Source of the DNA: Atractiella rhizophila
Lineage: Eukaryota
Direction of reading: 5' to 3'
DNA: 64,000 bases
Assembly (NCBI GenBank): GCA_021432655.1
Contig: MU271189.1
Coordinates: forward strand, 1 to 64,000
In this document: one piece after another, positions 1 through 13,744 of the stretch
How positions within the stretch are numbered: position 1 is the first letter of the stretch
Layout of the letters: every line of letters begins with the position of its first letter
Notes under the pieces: model-generated
What the model was told of the DNA's origin: nothing
Seen by the model: the letters and a program-made list of their open reading frames with translations, nothing else
Databases searched by the model: none
Program-made: the position numbers and the translations under genes

Positions 1-6
1 CATATC

Positions 7-1555
7 ATGATGAGCTACGCCTCTGCTCATCCACCACACATTAGCAGCCTGCTACTTCCCTCGCTTCCGCCTTCCCTTTCACCCTACCATCCCCGTGTTC
101 CTCCAACGCCGTCCAAACCGTACCCCTCCACCCTCACATCCTCCAACGCCAACGCTGATTTGAACTCCTCCAATTCCCGCCGCCCAAAGAAGAAGAGAAA
201 GAAGAACGCGAGCGTGGCAGATGTCGAAAGCACTAGGTTGCATGAGGACATCGTCACGTGGCTGAAGGAGGGAACGGAGGGACTGATGCACTCTCTGACT
301 GCAGATGGACGGTGGAGGGAATTTGTGAGGGCATTGGAGGTGGACGATGCGGAAGAAGCGAATGAAGAGCCATTCGATTTTGTTGCTGGAGAGAGAAACA
401 GAGTGCGGGGAGAAAGGGAGTTAGACATGGATGTAAAGGTTTGGTGTATCAACGAAGAGGTTGATCAAGGTATGCTCCTCATTTACTGCGTGTGCTTTAC
501 ACGCTAAATTGAACTGATGAGAGAGGCAGCACGATTTCCGCGCACGAATTATACCACAAACCGATCCTCAATCCATCCTCTTCTCTCCTGCGCATCCCTC
601 TTAGAACTTCCAAGCACGATGATTCAACGGAAACATCCATTCTCCTCCCTCCACGCTCCGGTTTCATAATGGGGGACTTCACGACCTGGTGTGACGGAGA
701 GTTACTGCGACCACTTCTCCCTAAAGATGGTCAAACCAAAGAAACAGGATGGGATCTCATCCTCCTTGAGTACGTCTTCCTATCTTTACTTCATCCAAAT
801 TATGGCTGAGATTTGATCATGTAAAATGAACAGTCCTCCGTGGCCGAACGCCTCTGCATCCCGCTCCTCAGCGTATCAAACTTGGGACGCGTACGACCTC
901 CTTTTACTTCAGCCGCCGCTCAAAGACGGATACAAGACTTTAGTTGCAGTTTGGGTCACGAATCGTGTGAAGGTCCGTCTCTCACTTTTACTGCATTCTG
1001 CTCATTTAATCTACATTTCTAACCTGTTGGACCAGTTCAGGCGCTTTGTGATGGAAAAAGTCTTTCCGAGGTGGAAGGTCAGGACATGTGCTGAGTGGTA
1101 TTGGGTCAAGGTAGCGAGGGATGGGAAGCCGGTTTGGGAGTGGGAGAGTGAGCATAGGCGTTGTTATGAAGGCGCGTCTTTCATCTCTCTTCTTCATATG
1201 CAATCCTGTGATCTCTGAGTATTTAGGTCTAATAATCGGCGTGTATGACAACCTTCCCGCCTCTGCTCATGCTGCCATACCTAAAAAGTCAGAGCCAGAA
1301 GAGGAGGACGGACAAGGGATTTCATACCATCAGGTCCTCGTCTCCGTCCCCACCCAGCATTCGCGCAAACCACCCATCTTCCCGCTCCTTCGTCCATATT
1401 TGAGAGAAGACGGGAATGGCGCGAACGTCCTGGAGTATTTTGCAAGGGAATTGCATCCTGGTGAGGAGAAAGGAGTCTGGGTCGGGGTTGGGAATGAGCC
1501 AGGAAAGTTTATGCTTGAGAGGTATTGGAGAAAGGAGGGTTCTGATTTGGAGTGA
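7..1555 (+). CDS. MT-A70 family N6-adenine methyltransferase, METTL4/DAMT-1-like (spliced; true start could lie upstream of the window)
   Basis: Splicing intron 770-833 gives GWDLILLDPPWPN, the DPPW catalytic motif. Also present: VAVWVTN, AEWYWVKV...G.PV, CYEGLIIG, HSRKPP, LEYFAR and WVGVGNE, all typical of the METTL4 clade. Confidence 0.85.
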
Positions 1556-1629
1556 ATTGTCAAATACAATGCACTTGTCATCCTGCAATGTCATGACCGT
1601 CATTCAACAACTATTGAAGAACTGGTCCT

Positions 1630-2829
1630 TCATGCCTCTTGCAACATCCGACTAAACTGATCCTGCACCTCCTTCGAATACGACCTCCGCTCCCTCCCAC
1701 TCCCAACACCTATCCCCTTACTGCTCCTCAATCGCTGAATATCACCCCCGACCAGTCCATCCTCCATCAAAGTCTTCGCCGCTGAATCAAAAGCTGCCAA
1801 CATTTGGCTGTCCTGAAACGTCTGGTTGGTCGCCTTCAACACCCTGTTCCTCTGTGCCACTCTCATCTCTTCCATGTTTCCTTCACCCAAGATGTCGGCC
1901 AAGATTTGACGGTGGTTGCCCAGCGGCGCTATTCGCCACAACGCCTTTTCTGTGGCGCCGATAGGTCCCTGAAAGGTCGCTTTCTTGACATCTTCTGCGT
2001 CACGACATTGCCATAATGCGTACCTACAAGAGAAGATCAGTGAAGGAAAGCATTACCTGATGATGGCAGCATTGCAAGAAGGAATGAAGCACGGACACAG
2101 CATGCTTGAGGTGATAAGGCTTGTCCTTCGCATCGAACCTATGCAAAGATATGTTTGTGACCGGATCCTGGAGGTAAGGGAACTGGTCTCGGATGTGTTG
2201 GATGGAGTGGAGCCCGTAGGAGTTGGGGAGGTTGAATATTCGGAATATGGTGCAGAAGGGATGGCCGATCGGCCAATAGGTGTTGTCGATGAACATGTCG
2301 AAGGGCAGAGGTGGTCGAGATGGCGAGGGGTGGAAGAATAACATGGCTTGTTTTAACTCTTCGTATGTCCTCCAAAGCAGTGCGACTTTCATTCCTCGAT
2401 CATGACCTGGTGGAGGATTCTCTGGGCTTCTCCCAAACAATTCACTTCAGCTTGTATCCTAAGCAAAAAAGATGGAAAAAGAAACATAACATACTATAAA
2501 ATGAAGTTTTTCGTCAACGCTTTGAATCCAGCATCCGTCGAATAGTAACGCTGGTAAAACCACTGACGAAACCCCATCCCCTCCGGCAGCTCAGGCATAT
2601 TATCATTGGGCACTAACATCGTCCAAAACCCCCGTCCTCGAGCCTGACCCCTGCCCTCGTCTGGAGCGAACTGTTCGCGGTCCCGTGGAGGTTTTAGACG
2701 AGGTGGACGAGCCACATCCCTGTGTCGCCACGTTGATTGGGACGGAGATGATGTGGAAGACCATCGGAAAAAAGGAAGGCGGGAAGGTATTTGGGGGTGA
2801 ATGACGGAGGGGAAACCAAGCCTTTGCAT
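1630..2829 (-). CDS. Hypothetical protein, about 3 exons, with an Arg/Ser-rich N-terminus resembling a mitochondrial presequence
   Basis: Three consecutive minus-strand ORFs (2829-2494, 2440-2024, 1941-1630) joined by short GT-AG introns. No family recognised. Confidence 0.55.
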
Positions 2830-3060
2830 GGTTTATTGAGGCGAGGGAGGCAGGGAGGCTGGTGTTAATGGCAAAGTAAAACTTTATCTGCTCGATTGAT
2901 TGGGATTTGTTGTGTTGCCTGACTCATAAGTTTAGGTGGAACACCAATGCTGAAGCAAGGTACCAAACAAATAAGGGGAGGCAGAAATGGGGAAATATTA
3001 GAGTAGCAACCAAATGCAAAGTAGACGTTGATACATTAGGTTGTTTGTGGTGACAAACGC

Positions 3061-3072
3061 AAAAAGCAAAAA
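3061..3072 (-). terminator. Pol III oligo-T terminator of tRNA-Ser
   Basis: Two T runs (TTTTTGCTTTTT on the minus strand) immediately 3' of the tRNA. Confidence 0.75.
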
Positions 3073-3073
3073 G

Positions 3074-3155
3074 CGACGTTGGTAGGATTCGAACCTACGC
3101 GCCCGAAGGGCAATGGTTTTCTAGACCATCCCAGTAACCACTTTGGTACAACGCC
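3074..3155 (-). tRNA. tRNA-Ser(AGA), intronless, long variable arm
   Basis: Reverse complement folds as GGCGTTG/CAACGTC acceptor stem, AGTGG D-loop, ATGGT-CTAGAAA-ACCAT anticodon arm, GCCC-TTCG-GGC variable arm and GTAGG-TTCGAAT-CCTAC T arm. Confidence 0.95.
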
Positions 3156-3336
3156 ACCTTGTAAAAATCGTTTTAGTCACTGTCTATAAACGCGTAAAAG
3201 ACTTTAGGAACATCATCCACAGCCTTGACCTTGACCCAGTGGTAACAGTAACAGTGCTAAGAAGAGCAAGCATAAAAACGCTTTCACATCCCAAAATTTG
3301 CATCATCTATTACGGACAGCTCTGCGAACGTTGAGA

Positions 3337-4693
3337 ATGGCTGCAAACTACTACCTTTCAACACAAGCGTGTGTCACCGCGATCTTCCATTCTTGTCCTT
3401 TACACGTCCCGCTGACTCTTAAACAGGAACTATTGGACGCTGACGCCTCACGCGCTACACCTGGCAAGGACCCTTGACTATCAGTATGCGACGCCGCTTG
3501 AGCTCAGCTGGATATGCATCTGGACAGCAAATGGTTCGTCTGCATCTCATTTCCCTCTCTCAACTTCTAAAGGCGTAACTAATGAGTGAGAACCGACAGT
3601 CGCCCAAAAGCTGTCTAAACGTCTTCACCTGCGTCAGCAAGTCACTTCGACAGCAATCGTCTACTTCAGACGATTCTATATCAAGAACTCGTATTGCAAC
3701 ACCGACATCCCACTCGTCCTCACGGCTTGTTTATACATGGCCGCAAAGGCAGAGGAGACGCCAGTGCACATCCGTACCGTCTGCTCTGAGGCGCGACAAT
3801 GCTTCATAGGTGCGGTATCTCGCATGTATTATGCATTCCATTCGTTGTTTAAGAGAGAGACCGGTGTGACAGATATGGGTATCACGACCTTTCCTACAGA
3901 CTCCTCAAAGGTAGCTGAATGCGAATTCTACGTCATATCCGACCTCGAATTTTGTCTCAAGATCTTCCATCCATATTCCACTCTATACCAGCTCACCGGA
4001 CGGGATGTCACTCTCATCGCTCTGCATCCCGTGCCAGACCAAATTCTCGACCAAAAGGTAGAGGTGGACGATGTGACATTACAAATGGCATGGTCTGTCC
4101 TACCCTTCTCTTCACTTGCATAGCACGCGTCTGAATTGAAAGCAGGTTCCTCATAAACGACCTCAATCGTACCACCCTTCCCCTCATCCACCCACCCCAC
4201 CTCCTCGCCATCGCCGCTCTCTTCTTCGCCTTCTCCCTCGGATCCCGTCCCGAATCCACGCTTCCTGAGGTGCTGAAGGACAAAGAAGGGAAGGGAATCA
4301 AGAGCCTTCCGCGCACCAGTTCGTTAGGATCCATCTCTGCTGGAGGAGAGAAGACCTCTGCTGGGAGCGCCGGGGTGGGAAGGGTAGAGGCGGTCGAATT
4401 CCTCGCCAGCCTTAACGTGGACATGGACAAGGTATATATGTCATCCCCCAATCCTTCTACCATGCGTCGTTTTGACTGGATCCCAGGTGGTGGAGATCAC
4501 TCGAGAAATGCTCTCTCTTTACGAAAGTTGGAAATTGTTGGAGCAAGGGGCAGAAGGAAGGACTGGCAAGGGAACGACGGCGGAGAAGAGCGATAGGATG
4601 GTGGCCGAGATTTGGGGCAGAATGCGGGATGGATGGGAGGAGGATTATCGGAATGCACCTACACAAGAAACCGGGTGGGGGACGCAGCGATAG
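3337..4693 (+). CDS. SSN8: Cyclin C (Mediator CDK8-module cyclin), multi-exon
   Basis: MAANYYLSTQ N-terminus; LRQQVTSTAIVYFRRFYIKNS; ACLYMAAKAEETPVHIR; EFYVISDLEFCLKIFHPY; NDLNRTTLPLIHPPHLLAIAAL. Confidence 0.9.
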
Positions 4694-4814
4694 ATGTGGA
4701 ACTGTAAATTGACTTTACGGGATATTAGCTTCTTGGGATGGACATATGTACTTTTAATCATGACAACAAGTGTGATAGGATAGGAAGCCTCGAAGAAAGA
4801 ACGGGGGGAGGAGA

Positions 4815-7157
<2,343 letters not shown>

Positions 7158-7478
7158 GTCGATGCTTCTCTGCTCTCTGAGGATGGTTCTTTAGTTTCTC
7201 TGTAGTTCGCGCGAGTAACTATGTGTCCCCTCAGGGTCGCATCACACCATTCGTCGGTCTAGACCAATTCCTCCCACAAGTGACTTCTCGTAGCGACTTG
7301 GGAAGCGTTATATATCTTCACGTCCAAGCAGCCTCCTTCTAGCTGTAATGAATATGTCCAACTGACTCACACCTGGGAAGATTGATCGGGTCTAGTTCTG
7401 CTCTAGTTACTTCGCTGAAGTGAAAGCCAAGCATCTACTCCGTCGAATAATATACCCTCTCATTATTCCCCTCCCACG

Positions 7479-9846
7479 ATGTCTACCTGTCCAGCATCCA
7501 CATCCGCCCTCTTCCCGAACACCACCTCCTCCGACACCGAGCGCTACATCGTCTCCTCCCCACTGCGCTCCTCCATCTCCACCTTCGCCGTCCGCACCGG
7601 CTCCACGCTCTCCGTGAACGGCTCTCCCTTCCGCGCCGTCGGCGGCAACGTGTACTGGCTCGGGATAGACGAGAACGATCCGCCAGGGTCCATCACCTGG
7701 CCGAGTCGGGAGCGGGTGAACGATGCCTTCGCCACTTTAGCGTTGATGGGAGCCACGGCGGTGAGGAGCACCACCCTCGGCGTGTCGGTGGGGTGTGGAC
7801 GGTGTCTCATGCCGAGTCTGGGGACGTGGAATGCGAATGAGCAGGCGTGGGAGACGTTTGATTATGCCCTGTTTGCGGCGAGGAGGTATGGGATTCGGTT
7901 GATCGTCCCTTTGACGGATCATTGGGATTATTATCATGGTGGGATCAAGACGTTTTTGAGGTGGAGGCAGTTGGATGAGAATAATTATGACCCGTTTTAT
8001 CAGGTTGGGAGTCAGGTTAATCAGGATTGGAGGGATTATGTGCAGGGTGTCATTGGACATGTTAGTACTATCACGGGACGGAGGGCGGGAGATGAAGAGG
8101 CTGTATTAGGTGCGTGTCTATTTACAGGAGTGTGGGTGTACTTCGGTGGGCATGGTCTGCGAACCATTCAGAATTGAACCGTATTTTGTGTGTATGAACG
8201 AGAAGCTAACTAGCTGTCCTTACTTCGTCAACTCTGTAAATAAATGAGTAAACGAGAGGGGAGGGGACGTTCACGAAAAGAAGTCAACAAGTCTGCATTG
8301 ACTTTCTGATACCTTACGAGAGAACACAAAGCGGTCAGATTCGAACGTTACTCTCCCAGATAATTTCACAAGACAGCACTGCGATTCACTCTCTTTCTAT
8401 GAGGACGGAGGAAATCATCATCACAACAACAAAACGCAGGCTCCTCGTTGTTTGCAAGCGAGAAGAAGGTCAATTATTCGAGCCCACTGAATCTTTTCAT
8501 CACAAATTTAAACCTTAAAAGGAATGCATATCAATAACTGTCTGATTTCTCATCGCCGCTCTCATCCCTGTATTACTTTTAAAGGCGATAATGCACCATT
8601 TTCAAGAGCGTTCTTCTGACTCTTCCTACAGCTTGGGAATTAGGAAACGAATTAGGAGGCTGGAATGGACATGATTACCCTCCACCGAAAGAATGGACGC
8701 AATCGACCGCACAGTTTATTCGCAACCTAACCGCGAACCAATTCATCATGTCTGGTTCCTACGGGATACGGGATTATGAACTCGACATTCCAGAACTCGA
8801 TTTCGTCACGAACCACTTTTACCCTCCATACAGCAGCAATATGCGTAACGATGCCTCTAAGGCGGCAGGTAAGCTCGTCCGCTTCTATCGTCGTCGTAAA
8901 CGGTATACTGACGGCGGTGTGGCAGCGGCGGGAAAGGTATACATTGTTGGAGAGTATAACTGGACAGGAGGATATTGGCAAAAATGGTTGTGGTTCGCAA
9001 CCGCCATTCCCGCCCTCCTCGCTCTCCTCTTCCTCCTCCTACCAAATCGCTGGTTCCCGCTCTACCTCCGATTACCTTTTATAAAGCGTCAATCGCCAAC
9101 TGGTGCAACCAAAATTTCGTCCACGACCACTCGACGAGATGAAACGAAGGGGTCAGAAGAAGACCCGTTTGCTTCGGCTGCTGATTTGACACCTCTACCG
9201 ACCGACGATAAGTCGTCTTACCCTCCACCTACCCCTTCAGCCCCGATGCAGCAAGTCGAACCTCTTCTTCCTACGCAGGCAAAGAAGCGTGGAATCGGCA
9301 TCAAGAAGTGGCACATATCTTTGGGCTTCTTCCTGATCGCGACCCCAATCGCCGCTGGTGTCGTGTACACTTTCCAACCGACGTCGTTGGGCCACTTTCT
9401 AGACGATATGAGGCACGAGAGCGACAAAGGTCGTCTCGGCGGCAGCTTTTATTGGAGCTTCTTCGGTCGCAACACGGAGTGCTGCAATTTCGTCGAACAC
9501 GTTCGTCTCCCTTTGCTTATCATGACTTTCGAGAGCTGACTTTACAAACCTGCAACAGAACGACGGGTACACCCTTCACTACCCTGGAACGTCGAAGGAT
9601 ATGCGCCACCGCGTGCTCTCCATCGTCCGAAACGCTTATGTCATGAATGGACCACCCACCGTCGTCCCTGATTGGCTGCCTGAGCCCATGCTTGAGGAGT
9701 TCGATGGTGACGCCATTACCGAAGATAATCTACCCGGCGCCGCGTGTCCCCAAACCAATCTGACCCTCCCTACGAATCAGACTTCGACCTCCACCAGGCT
9801 CGCTTTGCGAAAGCGAGACGATTCGAGACGTTGGAAGTTCTTTTGA
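7479..9846 (+). CDS. Glycoside hydrolase family 5 (mannanase-like) with two internal predicted transmembrane helices
   Basis: GGNVYWLG, FDYALFAARRYGIRLIVPLTDHWDYYHGG, acid/base AWELGNE (after intron 8110-8631), H.YP, nucleophile IVGEY, GSFYWSFFG, DGYTLHYPG. Confidence 0.85.
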
Positions 9847-10244
9847 CCTGCCCTAAGCTAAACCGACCGAACCTCTGTAGTTTCTCGTAGGCTGGGGTTG
9901 TTCCACTCATTCTTTTTGCTTGCTTCGTCCGGACGTTGACGCTTGAAGCTTGATCCTTCACTTGGCATTTCGTTTTTCGCTTGTATTCTTTACACGGTAC
10001 CTTGGAACGTCGTATTTTGAACCATTAGCTTTGCTCGCTGCCCCAGCACCGACCAATCACTCGTTACTGTTACGAGCGAAGAGTTCCGCGCGGCATCACA
10101 ACCAGACTTTGATCTTCCCGCCACGCCCGCATGCCTCCAGATGGAGAGGAGGAGCTCCGCTCTGGGAATTAACAGCAAGTTTTATGGCATATAAGGCTGG
10201 GGACTGAAAGGATAGGGCATAGCTCTAATCATTCCATAGTCAAC

Positions 10245-11515
10245 ATGACGAATACACATGAGAGCGACAACAATTCCGGTGGAAAATGTCCACTCGAAGT
10301 CATCATTGGCAGTGGCACCTTTGGACAAGGCCCGGAATCCTTCTTCCACACCGTCTCGTCCCTCGAATCCCTACTGTCCTACCCCGCTTCGAAAGGTTAC
10401 AGATCCATCGATGCTGCTTGGCTCTACCCTCCAGAAGCCTCAGGGACGTGCGAAGAGCTCCTTGGGGAGTATCAGGCGGCGCAAAAAGGCTGGAAGGTGG
10501 ACACGAAGATCATGAGCTTCCGCCCCAACGCGCACTCGGATAAGTTGCTCAAGGAATCGATCGAGGATAGCTTGAGACGCTTGAGAGTGGGAAGTGTTAG
10601 GACGCTGTTCTTGCATTGGCCTGAACCCGGAAAGACGACACCGATAAGGGACATTTTGAGGACCATCGACGGCCTTTATAGAGAGGGAAAGTTCGAAAGG
10701 TCCGTGATCCTGTTCACCTCATGACGGAATTATGGGCCGATGATCTTGTCTAGTTTGGCCTTTCGAACTTTACAGCTGAAGATGTAGAGGAGTTTATGCA
10801 GGTTTCCAAAGAGGAAGGCTGGATCCCTGTGTCGGTTTATCAAGGTCAATACAACGCTCTGGCGAGGCAAGTGTGCTATTTACCAAGCTATGATTGATAT
10901 ATATTGATGATTTAATAACCCTTAGGCAATGTGAAACTGGTCTCTTCCCTACCTTGCGGAAGCATAATATTTCCTTCACTGCATACAGGTTTGTTCCATG
11001 TGTACCACAGTCTGAAGCTTGTTCACGTTAATCTACTAGTCCAACTGCTGGCGGGTTCCTCACTGGAAAATGGCTTCGCGACGCAGACAGTCAGAAAGGA
11101 AGGCAGGTTTTCTCCTCCTTCATCTTTCATCCAGCTTACAAAGCCTGTCATCAGGTTTGATCCCGCCAGTACCAACGGAGCCATCTCCCGATCGTGGTAC
11201 ATGAAGCCAACGATCATGAATTCGCTCTCCGCCTTCCTCAGTTTCCTCCAGACCAACTACCCTTCGCTTCATCCGATCGACGTCGGCCTCCGCTGGGTGG
11301 CTCATCACTCTTCCTTGTGCCCTGAAAAAGGAGACGCAATCATCATTGGAGGCAATTCTGAGGCCAGAGTTTGGGATAATGTCAAGTCGCTGGATAAAGG
11401 GCCACTACCGGAAGCTGTCGTGGAGCGATTGGAAACGATGTGGAAGGAAATTGAAAAGGACGCTATGCCTTACCATGGTGGCGTGGAGACTGTAGACTAT
11501 AAGCTGCCTGCTTGA
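10245..11515 (+). CDS. Aldo-keto reductase (AKR7/aflatoxin aldehyde reductase-like), multi-exon
   Basis: IIGSGTFG, IDAAWLYP...CEELLG, KVDTK, LFLHWP, FGLSNF, VYQGQYN, LRWVAHHS, DAIIIG. Confidence 0.85.
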
Positions 11516-11630
11516 ATCAAGTAATGACGAATAGGAATATCTCCTTCCTTCCTTCCCGTAGTGTAGTATAAACAGTTCTTAGTCAGCCCACAAATAATCA
11601 AAAACAAACACGATCCCTCCAAACGCAACG

Positions 11631-13696
11631 ATGGCACGTAGTTCCCATGCCCTTCAGCGACTTTCTCACCTTCACTACCTAATGAACCTACTGCTGGTTC
11701 TTCCACTGCCCATTATGGTGTGGCAGTATCTTTCGCGGTACCCTTTCCCGAATGCAGCAAACGAGGTAGACGCGACCAGTGGCAGCGAGAGCTCAAGGAC
11801 GTATTACACTATCTTAGGCGTCGCTTCACCTCTCGTGCTGCTGTTTCTGGTGTCGGCTACGGCGAAACAGATGGAAATTGGTGAGTTTTCTGCTTTGGAC
11901 TCGATGGGTGCGCGTGATGGGACGGCGATGTTGTTGGCAGACTTTGCTGCCCGTGGAGTGTTTACGTACCTCCATACATACGGACCTGCCCTTACCTAGA
12001 ACTAAAGAGGCAGGGATTTCTCACTTTGTGTAGCCTCTGCTTCTGCGACGTTTTCAATCCATCCAGTCTGCATAGTTATCAATCCGTCTAGTCTGCATAG
12101 TTATCCCGCCGTCATCAAAACGCGTCATCAACTTTGTGCGATAGCTAGCGCAATGTGCAAATGTTTGTTTCATGGTAGACAATCCACGGAGATGTGCAAC
12201 TGGGGTATGGCACTTGAATGTCTTATTCTTAGCACCGTTGTGCCTTGGATGGAATTTGGAGTCAAACTCTCTTCTGCCCAATCTAGACTATCTGTGTCGG
12301 CGAAGTCAAGTAAAGCCTATCCTTAGCGGATAGGAGGTGAATCTTTGACAGCACACGTTATGTCCGGAACATGCATGAAAGGAAGAGGTCACCTCGGATT
12401 TCAACATTAGGTCTGTACCGTGCCTATGCAAGTACCTGCGCCGTTGGCTTGTGATTCGCACTGAGCGAAGGGAAAATTCTTGTTCTCCCATTACTTGATG
12501 GCACGATAGTCTCTTGGTACCACTTTCTGTCAGGGGAAAACGGCGAGCGAACGAGAGTGCGAAACGTGCGAACATGCGAACTGGACGTATACGCATGTGA
12601 TAACCACAGAGAGCTAAAGAGCCATCTGTATCGGCGTTGACGTACAGGAGGTGCCAATAGTTGGATTCCGTGTTTCTTTGTCTCCTTGCCTCCTCCAGAA
12701 TCATGTCCCATATGAAGAGGAGTTAACGGTTGTAGCAAGAAGTCCTACAGCTACCTTCGCCACTGATGTACTTTCTCTAGTATGATTTCTACCCTAAATT
12801 TGTGCTGAAAGCTGTACAGAAACCTTCTTTGAATTCCTCATCTTCAACCTCCGTCTGTCCAACCTTTTCTCCTTCATTGTTGTTCCTGCCGTCGCTCTAT
12901 CTTGGAAAGGGATAGTTGGGTACTCCGTTTGGTGGATGGGTACGTCGTCTCATTCTGGCCTCTCCCAATACTGACATAGCCTCAAATGAGATCAGCAACG
13001 AGCTTTTTCTTTCCCCAGCCTCCTTATCTCGGCCCAACGAAGGCGAAATACATCTCTGCGACGCAGTTACAAGAAGACATTGCCTTCTCCCCAGCTTCTC
13101 TCTCAACTAACGATATGGCCTCTCTTTCCGAACAAGAAATTCGATCCCGCCTCTCAGCCCATAAACAACGCATCGAGTCCAAGTTGTCTTCCTCCCTCGG
13201 TAAGAAGAACGTCCTCGTCCTCTTCCATGCAGATTGGTCCGCCGCATCTCGTGAGGTGGAAATTCGCCTCCACCGTCTTTCCCTCGATTACACCTCTCCA
13301 TCCCTGTCTTTCGCCGTCCTCAGCGTCACCGAAGCTCCTCCTGCCATAATTTACGACTACGATGTGTCCCCTGAACCGAGAGAGAGGGGAGTTCCGACTC
13401 TTATACTTTTCAAAGGCGGCAAGGAAGTCGCTCGCCTGCCGAAACAATCGGAGAAGCGGAAAAAAGGTGCGAGTAGAATTGAGGAAATGGAAAGTGATGA
13501 AGAGATGGAGGATGAGACAGAGCAGGAGAAGATGGAAAGAGAAGTGAAGGAGGAATGGGGGAGGTGGAGGTGGGATCGATCCGCTCAGAGCATAAGAGAT
13601 CAATTTGGATTGGAAGAGAAGAGAGAGCAGTGGAGGAATTGGGAAGAGACGAGAGTAAAAGAGAACAAGTGGGAAAAGAAGTTGGATGAGTTGTAA
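11631..13696 (+). CDS. TMX2-like thioredoxin-related transmembrane protein
   Basis: N-terminal hydrophobic segments, FFFPQPPYLGP, and a thioredoxin-fold VLFHADWSAAS lacking CxxC, followed by VPTLILFKGGKEVARLP. The model needs a long intron at 11881-12819. Confidence 0.65.
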
Positions 13697-13744
13697 TTCG
13701 GTTCAATGCAGGTGGAGCACACTGTTCCTACTCCATACGATATC

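Noticed and set aside
11559..11580. GTGTAGTAT...GTTCTT resembling the U2 branch-pairing region
   Set aside because: It lacks the U2 5' stem (GCC...GGCTAAGATCA) and an Sm site, and it sits in a short spacer as a probable TATA element.
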